DNA of 14,199 nucleotides from a virus (Duplodnaviria; Heunggongvirae; Uroviricota; Caudoviricetes): IMG/VR virus record IMGVR_UViG_2740892231_000004; one strand, 5' to 3'. Shown piece by piece: positions 7,535 to 14,199 of this stretch (position 1 is its first letter; each line of letters starts with the position of its first letter). The notes under the pieces were generated by a model. It saw only the letters and a program-made list of their open reading frames with translations, ran no database searches and was not told where the DNA came from. The position numbers and the translations under genes were made by a program.

Positions 7535-8251
7535 ATGTCTGCTTTGTATGAACGCTCACAGCTGACGCAGGTGATGATTTCATCTGCCCCGGCGACTGCT
7601 GAAACTATGGATAAGGCGGAATATCTGCGCCTGGACTGCACCATCAAGGAAGTCCAGTTCACCGCCGGTCAGAAACAGGATATTGATGTGACCACGCTCT
7701 GCTCCACAGAGCAGGAGAACATCAACGGTCTGGGGGCGTCGTCCGAGATTTCCATGTCGGGTAATTTTTATCTGAATCAGGCCCAGAACGCCCTGCGTGA
7801 TGCCTATGACAATGACGCGTTGTATGCGTTTAAGGTGCAGTTTCCGTCCGGTAAGGGCTTTAAATTCCTGGCGGAAGTGCGTCAGCACACCTGGTCATCC
7901 GGTACCAACGGCGTGGTGGCTGCAACGTTCTCACTGCGTCTGAAAGGCAAACCGGTGTCCTTTGTGGTACCGCTGGCGTTTGTGAAAAATCTGGATAAGA
8001 CACTTACCGTGAATACCGGTGTGCTGCTGACAATGTCAGTCAGTGCCAACGGGGGAACGCCGCCGTATAAATACGCCTGGAAGAAGGATGGTCAGCCGGT
8101 TGACGGGCAGACGACAGACACCTTCAGTAAGCCAGGTGCGCAGTCCGCCGATGCGGGGAAATATACCTGCGTGGTGACTGATTCGGCAGAGAAAGCACAG
8201 AGTGTGACGTCTGTTGAATGCACCGTGACAGTGAGCGCAGCCGCCGGATAA
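7535..8251 (+). CDS. Major tail (tube) protein with C-terminal Ig-like domain
   Basis: ATG 7535 preferred over the track start 7466 because of the upstream hairpin and AGGAGG at 7525-7530. The C-terminal ~80 aa (about 7990-8248; ...YKYAWKKDGQPVDGQTTDTF ... GKYTCVVTD ... ECTVTV) read as an Ig-like fold, as known for lambda gpV. Confidence 0.85.
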   Translation: MSALYERSQLTQVMISSAPATAETMDKAEYLRLDCTIKEVQFTAGQKQDIDVTTLCSTEQENINGLGASSEISMSGNFYLNQAQNALRDAYDNDALYAFKVQFPSGKGFKFLAEVRQHTWSSGTNGVVAATFSLRLKGKPVSFVVPLAFVKNLDKTLTVNTGVLLTMSVSANGGTPPYKYAWKKDGQPVDGQTTDTFSKPGAQSADAGKYTCVVTDSAEKAQSVTSVECTVTVSAAAG

Positions 8252-8265
8252 GGGGATGGGTCATC

Positions 8266-8640
8266 ATGAAAAAGGATCTGAAAACGCTGGCGCTGGCCAG
8301 ACTGTCAGGGTTTCGTCATAAAACGGTGAAGGTGCCGGAATGGGGTAATGTCAGCGTGGTGCTGCGGGAGCCTTCGGCAGAGGCCTGGTATCTGTGGCAG
8401 GACGTGCTCAATGGTGATGGAGAGGATGACGATACTCTGTCGGTGGTGGCGAAAACCCGCCGTAACCTGGAAGCGGATGTGACGCTGTTCTGCGATGTCC
8501 TGTGTGATACGGATCTGCAACGGGTGTTCACTCCGGACGACCGTGAGCAGGTGCTGGCCGTCTATGGTCCGGTACATGCCCGCTTGCTGCGTCAGGCACT
8601 GGAACTGATCGCTGATGCAGAGTCGGTCAGAAAAAAGTAG
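8266..8640 (+). CDS. Tail assembly chaperone (lambda G-like)
   Basis: 124-aa acidic protein between the major tail and tape measure genes. ATG 8266 with AAGGGGA SD preferred over track start 8218. Ends ...AESVRKK-TAG with a slippery site in its last codons. Confidence 0.7.
   Translation: MKKDLKTLALARLSGFRHKTVKVPEWGNVSVVLREPSAEAWYLWQDVLNGDGEDDDTLSVVAKTRRNLEADVTLFCDVLCDTDLQRVFTPDDREQVLAVYGPVHARLLRQALELIADAESVRKK
8631..8637 (+). promoter_or_regulatory. Programmed -1 ribosomal frameshift slippery heptamer A_AAA_AAG (G to GT)
   Basis: AAAAAAG at 8631-8637 is in X_XXY_YYZ register with the G frame (codons AAA 8632-8634, AAG 8635-8637), just before TAG 8638-8640. The -1 frame is open from 8637 to TGA 8943-8945. 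Confidence 0.6.
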
Positions 8641-8945
8641 CCCGCCCGGAAATTCGCTTTCTGATGCGACTTGCGCTCCGTCTGGGGCGCACCTTATCCG
8701 AACTGCGGCACAGCCTGAGTGCGAGCGAGGCGATGATGTGGATGGAGTTCGACAGGGTATCCCCGCTGGGTGATGAGCGCGGGGATATCCGTAATGCACA
8801 GATCGTGAAAGCGGTTTTCGGGGCACAGGGGATGAATGTTGCACTGAAGGACGCCATGCTCTGCTGGGGCGAGGATGAGGATAAGCCGGAGGTGGATCCG
8901 TTTGCGGCGCTGGAACACGCGCTGAGCTTTGCAGCACAGTCATGA
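8637..8945 (+). CDS. T-like extension of the tail assembly chaperone, expressed only as a G-T fusion by -1 frameshift (fusion = 8266..8636 joined to 8637..8945)
   Basis: Open frame directly downstream of the slippery site in the -1 frame, with no independent SD. The conserved G/GT arrangement lies between major tail and tape measure genes. Confidence 0.6.
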   Translation, partial: VARPEIRFLMRLALRLGRTLSELRHSLSASEAMMWMEFDRVSPLGDERGDIRNAQIVKAVFGAQGMNVALKDAMLCWGEDEDKPEVDPFAALEHALSFAAQS

Positions 8946-8953
8946 ATGATGAG

Positions 8954-8974
8954 AACCGCTGAGGCGGTTTTTTT
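8954..8974 (+). terminator. Short GC hairpin (AACCGC-tgag-GCGGTT) + T7 tract directly upstream of the tape-measure start
   Basis: Stem 8954-8959 pairs with 8964-8969, T run 8968-8974, ATG at 8993. Third copy of the hairpin/T-tract cassette. Confidence 0.4.
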
Positions 8975-8992
8975 ACGCCCGGAGAAAGGTGA

Positions 8993-11900
8993 ATGGCGAC
9001 GTTACGTGAACTGATTATCAAAATTTCGGCAAATTCACAGTCATTCCAGTCGGAGATCCAGCGGGCGTCCCGTATGGGCAGTGAATATTACCGGACCCTG
9101 CAGAATGGCGGACGTCAGGCTGCTGCGGCAGCCAGGGAGCAGCGCCGGGCTCTGGCTGAGCTGAACAGCCAGTTGACGGAAATCCGCGCTTCGGCTGTCG
9201 GAATGACCGGTGCGTTTGCCGGTGCCTTTGCCACCGGACACCTGATTTCGCTGGCGGATGAATGGAGCTCCGTGAATGCCCGTCTGAAACAGGCGTCGCA
9301 GTCATCGGATGAATTTTCGTCATCACAGAAAGTGCTGATGGACATCAGCCAGCGGACAGGCACCGCATTTTCGGATAATGCGGCCCTGTTTGCCCGTTCG
9401 GCTGCCTCGATGCGTGAATATGGTTACAGTGCTGATGATGTGCTGAAGGTGACGGAGGCCATTTCGACAGGGCTGAAAATTTCCGGTGCCAGTGCGGCAG
9501 AGGCGGGTTCGGTGATCACCCAGTTCAGCCAGGCGCTGGCACAGGGGGTGTTGCGCGGCGAGGAATTTAATTCGGTCAATGAAAGTGGGGACCGGATCAT
9601 TCGCGCACTGGCTGCAGGCATGGGCGTGGCCCGTAAGGATCTGAAGGCGATGGCGGACGATGGTCAACTGACGGCGGATAAAGTCGTTCCCGCGTTAATC
9701 AGCCAGCTGGGGATATTGCGTGATGAATATGCAGCCATGCCGGAAACGGTGTCTGACGGGATCACGAAGGTGGAAAACGCCTTTATGGCCTGGGTGGGCG
9801 GCGCGAATGAGGCCAGCGGAGCGACGAAAACGCTCTCCGGCGCACTGAACGGTGTGGCCGGAAATATTGATACCGTGGCAACAGCTGCGGGTGTGCTGGT
9901 TGCTGTCGGGGTGGCCCGGTACTTTGGTAATCTGGCTTCCGGAGCGATGTCTGCCACGGCAGGACTTGTGACCGCTGCACGTAATGAAGTGGCACTGGCT
10001 GAGGCCCAGTTAAGGGGAACGCAGATTGCCACGGCGCGGGCAAGGGCAGCCGTGTACCGGGCTCAGCAGGCTGTGGCGGCAGCCCGCGGGACTGAGATGC
10101 AGATTGCGGCAGAGGCCCGTCTGGCGGTCACACAGGAACGCCTGAACAGAAATATTGCTGCCAGAACCGCCGCCCAGAATGCGCTGAACAGTACAACGGC
10201 GGTGGGCTCACGTCTGATGAGCGGTGCGCTGGGACTGGTTGGAGGCGTACCCGGACTGGTGATGCTGGGAGCTGCCGCATGGTACACGCTGTACCAGAAT
10301 CAGGAGCAGGCCAGGGAGTCTGCGCGCCAGTATGCACTGACGATTGATGAAATCGCGCATAAAACGCCATCAATGTCTCTGCCTGAAGCCTCAGATAATG
10401 AAGGGCGAACACGGGAGGCGCTGACAGAGCAGAACCGGCTGATTGATGAGCAGGCCAGCCGGGTGAAATCCCTGCAGGAAAAAATCGCCGGGTATCAGTA
10501 TGTGCTGGCTAATCCGGGCTGGACGACCGGTAACGGCTTCATGATAAACCATCTGACATCGGTGAAAACTGTAACGGAAGAGCTTGCTCAGGCAACAGAG
10601 CAGTTTGCTGTTGAGCAGTCCCGTCTGGCACAGATGCAGGAAAAAGCGCAGTCCATTCAGGATGTGCTTGCCGGACTGGAAGAGCGCCGTGTTGTGTTAA
10701 TTCGTCAGCAGGCAGCAGAGCAGAATAAAGCGTATCAGTCACTGCTGGTCATGAACGGTCAGCATACGGAATTCAACCGCCTGCTGGGGCTGGGTAATGA
10801 ACTGCTGCAACAGCGTCAGGGACTGGCGAGTGTACCGCTGCGACTGCCACAGGCCACTCTGGATGATAAACAGCAGAGCGCCCTGAATAACACAGAGCGT
10901 CAACTGGCCCTGTCCCGGCTGAAAGGGGAAGAAAAAGAGCGTGCCCGGCTGGGGTATGCGGCGGATGACCTTGGTCTGGTGGGGGATACGTATCAGGAGG
11001 CGAGGCAGCGTTACATCCGTAATTCGATGGAAGCCTGGCGCAATAATGAGGCGAATAAACCCAAATCCCGGGCCGGAAAATCAGGGGCGGAAAAAGCGGA
11101 AGACAGTTTTTCCCGTCTGCTGAAGCAGCAGAAGGAACAACTGGCACTGGCCGGGAAGAATACAGAACTGGCAAAACTGAAATACCAGACCTCGCAGGGC
11201 GAGCTGAAAACCCTGACGGAGATACAGAAGCAGGAGCTGCTGCGCAATGCTGCCCTGATTGACCAGAAGAAAATCCGGGAGCAGTTACGGGCCCGGGAGG
11301 AGACCCTGAAAAATGATAATGCAGACGCAAGGGCATCAAATGACGCTGAGCTGCTGGGGTACGGGCAGGGTGAGCGGGTCCGTGAACGGATGCGGGAGCT
11401 GCAGCAGATTCGTGACGGCTACCGCCAGAAGGATGCGGACCTGCAGTCTCAGTATCAGACAGGGGATATCAGTGAGGATTTTTACAGACAGGCGCTGGCG
11501 CAGAATGCGCAGTATCTGAGTGAACGCCTTAAAGACCAGGAGGCTTTTTATGCCGAATCGGATGCGCAGCGTGCTGACTGGCAGAAAGGGCTGCAGGAAG
11601 GGCTAAGTAACTGGGTGGACAGCGCATCAGATTACGCTTCACAGGCAGCACAGCTTGCGACAGACGGTATCTCAGGGATGGTGAATAACATCACGGAGAT
11701 GCTGAACGGAAATAAAGTGGAATGGCGCAGCTGGGCTGCATCAATCCTGCAGGAAATATCAAAAGTTCTTATGAATGCGGCCATTGTCAACGGCATTAAG
11801 ATGGCGGCAAACAGTATGTCCGGTGCAGGAGGATTTTTCGGCAGTATAGGCAACTGGCTGGGTGGCGCGGTGGCAAATGCAAAAGGCGGCGTTTATCCCT

Positions 11901-12235
11901 CGGCAAACCTGAGTGCATACAGTAACAGTATTGTGGACACGCCCACGTACTTTGCCTTTGCAAAAGGGGCAGGGCTGATGGGGGAGGCCGGACCTGAAGC
12001 CATCATGCCCCTGACCCGGGCAGCGGATGGTTCACTCGGCGTGCGTGCGGTGGGCAGTATGAACGGCAGTGCGGGTCTGGTGTATTCCCCGGTGTACCAC
12101 ATCGCCATTCAGAATGACGGCGCTAACGGGCAGATAGGGCCGGAAGCGGCGGGCACCCTTGTGCAACTGATTGACCAGCGGGTACAGGCGGTGATGTTAT
12201 CCATGCGTCGTGACGGAGGAATGCTGAGTGGATGA
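8993..12235 (+). CDS. Tail tape measure protein (lambda H-like)
   Basis: 1080-aa largely alpha-helical, Ala/Gln-rich ORF downstream of G/GT. Conserved C-terminal block (GGVYPSANLSAYSNSIVDTPTYFAFAKGAGLMGEAGPEAIMPLTRAADGSLGV) resembles lambda gpH. Stop TGA 12233-12235 overlaps the next start. Confidence 0.9.
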   Translation: MATLRELIIKISANSQSFQSEIQRASRMGSEYYRTLQNGGRQAAAAAREQRRALAELNSQLTEIRASAVGMTGAFAGAFATGHLISLADEWSSVNARLKQASQSSDEFSSSQKVLMDISQRTGTAFSDNAALFARSAASMREYGYSADDVLKVTEAISTGLKISGASAAEAGSVITQFSQALAQGVLRGEEFNSVNESGDRIIRALAAGMGVARKDLKAMADDGQLTADKVVPALISQLGILRDEYAAMPETVSDGITKVENAFMAWVGGANEASGATKTLSGALNGVAGNIDTVATAAGVLVAVGVARYFGNLASGAMSATAGLVTAARNEVALAEAQLRGTQIATARARAAVYRAQQAVAAARGTEMQIAAEARLAVTQERLNRNIAARTAAQNALNSTTAVGSRLMSGALGLVGGVPGLVMLGAAAWYTLYQNQEQARESARQYALTIDEIAHKTPSMSLPEASDNEGRTREALTEQNRLIDEQASRVKSLQEKIAGYQYVLANPGWTTGNGFMINHLTSVKTVTEELAQATEQFAVEQSRLAQMQEKAQSIQDVLAGLEERRVVLIRQQAAEQNKAYQSLLVMNGQHTEFNRLLGLGNELLQQRQGLASVPLRLPQATLDDKQQSALNNTERQLALSRLKGEEKERARLGYAADDLGLVGDTYQEARQRYIRNSMEAWRNNEANKPKSRAGKSGAEKAEDSFSRLLKQQKEQLALAGKNTELAKLKYQTSQGELKTLTEIQKQELLRNAALIDQKKIREQLRAREETLKNDNADARASNDAELLGYGQGERVRERMRELQQIRDGYRQKDADLQSQYQTGDISEDFYRQALAQNAQYLSERLKDQEAFYAESDAQRADWQKGLQEGLSNWVDSASDYASQAAQLATDGISGMVNNITEMLNGNKVEWRSWAASILQEISKVLMNAAIVNGIKMAANSMSGAGGFFGSIGNWLGGAVANAKGGVYPSANLSAYSNSIVDTPTYFAFAKGAGLMGEAGPEAIMPLTRAADGSLGVRAVGSMNGSAGLVYSPVYHIAIQNDGANGQIGPEAAGTLVQLIDQRVQAVMLSMRRDGGMLSG

Positions 12236-12569
12236 GATTAAGACTCTTCACTGGTGTCCCCGGGAAGGGATGCAGGTGACGGAGAAACCGTCGGTGGTGA
12301 CGGTGAAGTTTGGCGACGGTTATCAGCAACGTCGTCCGGCAGGACTGAATGCGCAACTGAAGACCTTTCAGGTGGTTTTTCGGGTGACAACGGATGCTGA
12401 GCGGGAGGCACTGTCCGCGTTTCTGTCATGGCATGGTGGTTACCGGGCTTTTTTGTGGAAGCCCCCGAAACATAACCGGACGGTCAGGGTGGTGTGCCGG
12501 GAGTGGAGTATTACGGATAACGCCCGGTACAGTGATTTCAGTTGTACGATAGAGCAGGTAGTTGGATGA
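12228..12569 (+). CDS. M: Minor tail protein M (lambda gpM-like)
   Basis: 113 aa. Motifs VKFGDGYQQRRPAGLNAQLKTFQV and WHGGYRAFLWKPP closely resemble lambda gpM as recalled. GTG 12228 with GGAGGA 7 nt upstream. Confidence 0.85.
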   Translation: MDEIKTLHWCPREGMQVTEKPSVVTVKFGDGYQQRRPAGLNAQLKTFQVVFRVTTDAEREALSAFLSWHGGYRAFLWKPPKHNRTVRVVCREWSITDNARYSDFSCTIEQVVG

Positions 12570-12649
12570 GAATTATCCTATAAATCATTCTTTAGTGTTT
12601 AGTTGTTAATTATTTTTAATCTGTCTTGTCAGAAAGTGCGAAATCGATC

Positions 12650-12679
12650 TTGCATTTACATTTTATTACATAATATAAA
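12650..12679 (+). promoter_or_regulatory. Candidate sigma70 promoter (TTGCAT, 18 nt, TATAAA) overlapping an OmpR-box-like ATTTACATTTTATTACATAATAT
   Basis: Read directly from the AT-rich leader about 90-120 nt upstream of the porin ATG. The TTTACATTTT core resembles OmpR sites of ompC/ompF as recalled. No scoring was possible. Confidence 0.25.
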
Positions 12680-12767
12680 TTGAACTAAGAATTTGTATTA
12701 AAATATTTTAATTTTTGTTCATGACATCTGAATGCATGAATAGTTCAGTTTAAATAAGGATTAAATC

Positions 12768-13922
12768 ATGAAAAAAATGACAGTGGCACTTTCTGCTGTA
12801 GCAGTGGCAGTGATGTTTGCTGCGGGGGCGCAGGCAGCAGAAGTTTATAATAAAGATGGTAATAAACTGGATCTTTACGGGCGTGCAACCGCTCTGCATT
12901 ACTTCTCGGATGATAAAGGTAATGACGGAGACCAGACTTATGCTCGTCTCGGCTTTAAAGGCGAAACGCAGATTAATGATCAACTGACCGGATTTGGTCA
13001 GTGGGAATACCAGTTCTCTGGTAACAAAACGGAATCTGAAGGTTCCGCGGGAAATAAAACCCGTCTGGCATTTGCAGGTCTGAGATTTGCAGATGTTGGT
13101 ACCATTGATTACGGACGTAACTATGGTATTGCTTACGATGTCGGATCATATACTGACGTACTGCCTGAGTTTGGTGGTGATGGCTGGACGCAGACCGATA
13201 ACTTTATGACGGCCCGAACTTCCGGTGTCCTGACTTACCGTAATACAGACTTCTTCGGACTGGTTGATGGTCTGAATTTTGCGGCGCAGTATCAGGGCAA
13301 AAATGAGCGTGATGACCTTCAGAAGGCTAATGGCGACGGGTATGGTTTCTCGGCCAGCTATGAGTTTGATGGTTTTGGTTTTGTCGCTGCGTATACCAAG
13401 TCAGATCGTACTGATAAGCAGGTTCAGGGGTTGAATGGTACTGCAGATGTTCTTGATCCTGCATCAGGTAAAAAGGTTGGAGAAAAAGCAGTTGACTCAG
13501 GTAGTGTGGCAAAAGGTAAACATGCTGAATTCTGGGGAACTGGTCTTAAATATGATGCCAATAACCTGTATCTGGCAGCAGTGTATTCTGAAACCCAGAA
13601 TATGACGACCTTTGGTGATCAAGGTGTTGCGGATAAAGCTCAGAATATCGAAGCCGTTGTTCAGTATCAGTTTGATTTTGGTCTGCGCCCGTCCCTTGCC
13701 TACCTTCAGTCCCGCGGACAGGATGTTATGGTTGGTGGTGTGAACCATGGCGATCAGGATCTGGTTAAATATATTGATGTCGGTGCGACTTATTACTTTA
13801 ACAAGAATATGTCCACCTATGTTGATTATAAAATTAACCTGATTGATGAAAGTGAATTTACCCGGAAAGCCGGTGTTGCGACAGATAATATCGTTGCTGT
13901 GGGTATGACTTATCAGTTCTGA
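12768..13922 (+). CDS. Outer-membrane general porin, OmpC/OmpF/PhoE family (phage-borne NmpC/Lc-like), with signal peptide
   Basis: 384 aa. Signal peptide [23 protein letters not shown] then mature N-terminus [15 protein letters not shown]. Porin blocks [102 protein letters not shown] and C-terminal YQF. AAGGA SD 7 nt before the ATG. Confidence 0.9.
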   Translation: MKKMTVALSAVAVAVMFAAGAQAAEVYNKDGNKLDLYGRATALHYFSDDKGNDGDQTYARLGFKGETQINDQLTGFGQWEYQFSGNKTESEGSAGNKTRLAFAGLRFADVGTIDYGRNYGIAYDVGSYTDVLPEFGGDGWTQTDNFMTARTSGVLTYRNTDFFGLVDGLNFAAQYQGKNERDDLQKANGDGYGFSASYEFDGFGFVAAYTKSDRTDKQVQGLNGTADVLDPASGKKVGEKAVDSGSVAKGKHAEFWGTGLKYDANNLYLAAVYSETQNMTTFGDQGVADKAQNIEAVVQYQFDFGLRPSLAYLQSRGQDVMVGGVNHGDQDLVKYIDVGATYYFNKNMSTYVDYKINLIDESEFTRKAGVATDNIVAVGMTYQF

Positions 13923-13948
13923 TTATTGCTGATAAGTTAATAAATACG

Positions 13949-13973
13949 GGCCGTCTGCCCTTACAGGCGGCCT
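13949..13973 (+). promoter_or_regulatory. Stable 9-bp stem-loop 26 nt after the porin stop (no U tract)
   Basis: GGCCGTCTG pairs with CAGGCGGCC (one G-U wobble), loop CCCTTA. Confidence 0.35.
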
Positions 13974-13977
13974 GTAT

Positions 13978-14000
13978 CAATGAAAACACAGTTTTCATTG
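13978..14000 (+). promoter_or_regulatory. Perfect 10-bp inverted repeat CAATGAAAAC-aca-GTTTTCATTG
   Basis: Exact palindrome read from the sequence. Could be an operator-type protein site or an RNA hairpin. Confidence 0.3.
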
Positions 14001-14095
14001 GTCACTGCGATCAGCAATTGCCATCTGGCATGTGCTGATTTAACTTTCTGTTATTACCTTTATTGGTTTTATTTTAAATTGGACTTTTATTGTTC

Positions 14096-14119
14096 GGGGC
14101 GCGTCTGCGCCCCTTTTTT
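14096..14119 (+). terminator. Rho-independent terminator (GGGGCGC-gtct-GCGCCCC + TTTTTT) closing the porin moron
   Basis: 7-bp GC stem, 4-nt loop, T6 tract; 12 nt upstream of the L start codon. Confidence 0.7.
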
Positions 14120-14131
14120 ATGGGCGGATAT

Positions 14132-14199
14132 ATGCAGGATATTCACGAAGAAAGCCTGAACGAGTCGGTTAAGTCAGAGCAGTCACCGCGGGTGGTGCT
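14132..14199 (+). CDS. L: Minor tail protein L (lambda gpL-like), 5' part only (3' end outside window)
   Basis: Translation MQDIHEESLNESVKSEQSPRVV closely parallels the lambda gpL N-terminus as recalled (MQDIRQETLNECTRAEQSASVV). Confidence 0.75.
   Translation, partial: MQDIHEESLNESVKSEQSPRVV

Larger units (their letters stand above)
1..14199 (+). mobile_element. Lambdoid siphovirus prophage, late morphogenesis module (head and tail genes plus one moron); both ends lie outside the window
   Basis: Uninterrupted + strand series of phage structural genes (TerL, protease-capsid, portal, connectors, major tail, G/GT, tape measure, M, L) with tight spacing and ATGA stop/start overlaps. Flanking genes are GC-rich like the lambda left arm. 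Confidence 0.85.

Noticed and set aside
8218-8265. Upstream extension of the G-like chaperone (track start 8218)
   Set aside because: It overlaps the end of the major tail gene without an SD; ATG 8266 follows AAGGGGA and gives a protein of typical size.
8305-9021. 238-aa minus-strand ORF across G/GT and the tape-measure start
   Set aside because: Antisense to three supported + strand genes; Pro/Arg/Ser-rich low-complexity translation; no SD.
9664-11339. Minus-strand ORFs inside the tape-measure gene (9664..10032, 10773..11339 and others)
   Set aside because: Shadow ORFs opposite a long Ala/Gln-rich coding region; no independent signals.
11505-11560. SD-like GGAGG followed by ATG inside the tape-measure gene
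   Set aside because: Lies within a continuous, well-supported coding frame; no evidence for a nested gene.
12750-12983. 77-aa minus-strand ORF overlapping the porin start
   Set aside because: Antisense to the porin signal-peptide region; low-complexity Ile/Phe/Cys-rich translation.
1-14199. Search for integrase, att sites, tRNA, toxin-antitoxin or defence-system genes
   Set aside because: None visible. Every substantial ORF is accounted for by phage structural genes plus the porin; prophage ends are outside the window.

Overview
The window is a contiguous late (morphogenesis) module of a lambdoid siphovirus prophage of the enterobacterial type, all on the + strand: terminase large subunit (3' part), a fused prohead-protease/capsid ORF, an HK97-family portal with a long repeat-containing C-terminal extension, four head-tail joining genes, major tail protein with Ig-like domain, G/GT tail chaperone with a -1 frameshift site, tape measure, and lambda-like M and L. 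The main accessory signal is a 1.56-kb low-GC moron inserted exactly between M and L: an OmpC-family porin gene with its own AT-rich leader and a 3' structured region ending in an intrinsic terminator. Other signals are the 162-bp tandem coding repeats in the portal extension, three recurring hairpin/T-tract/SD cassettes ahead of the capsid, major tail and tape-measure genes, and a capsid-before-portal gene order. Three runs of 10 N (3425-3434, 5281-5290, 5449-5458) are scaffold gaps; sequence is duplicated across them, so the portal ORF is artificially broken and repeat copy number is unresolved. All protein calls rest on reading the supplied translations and remembered family motifs; no database search was run. 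No integrase, att site, tRNA, CRISPR array or recognisable defence system was seen.
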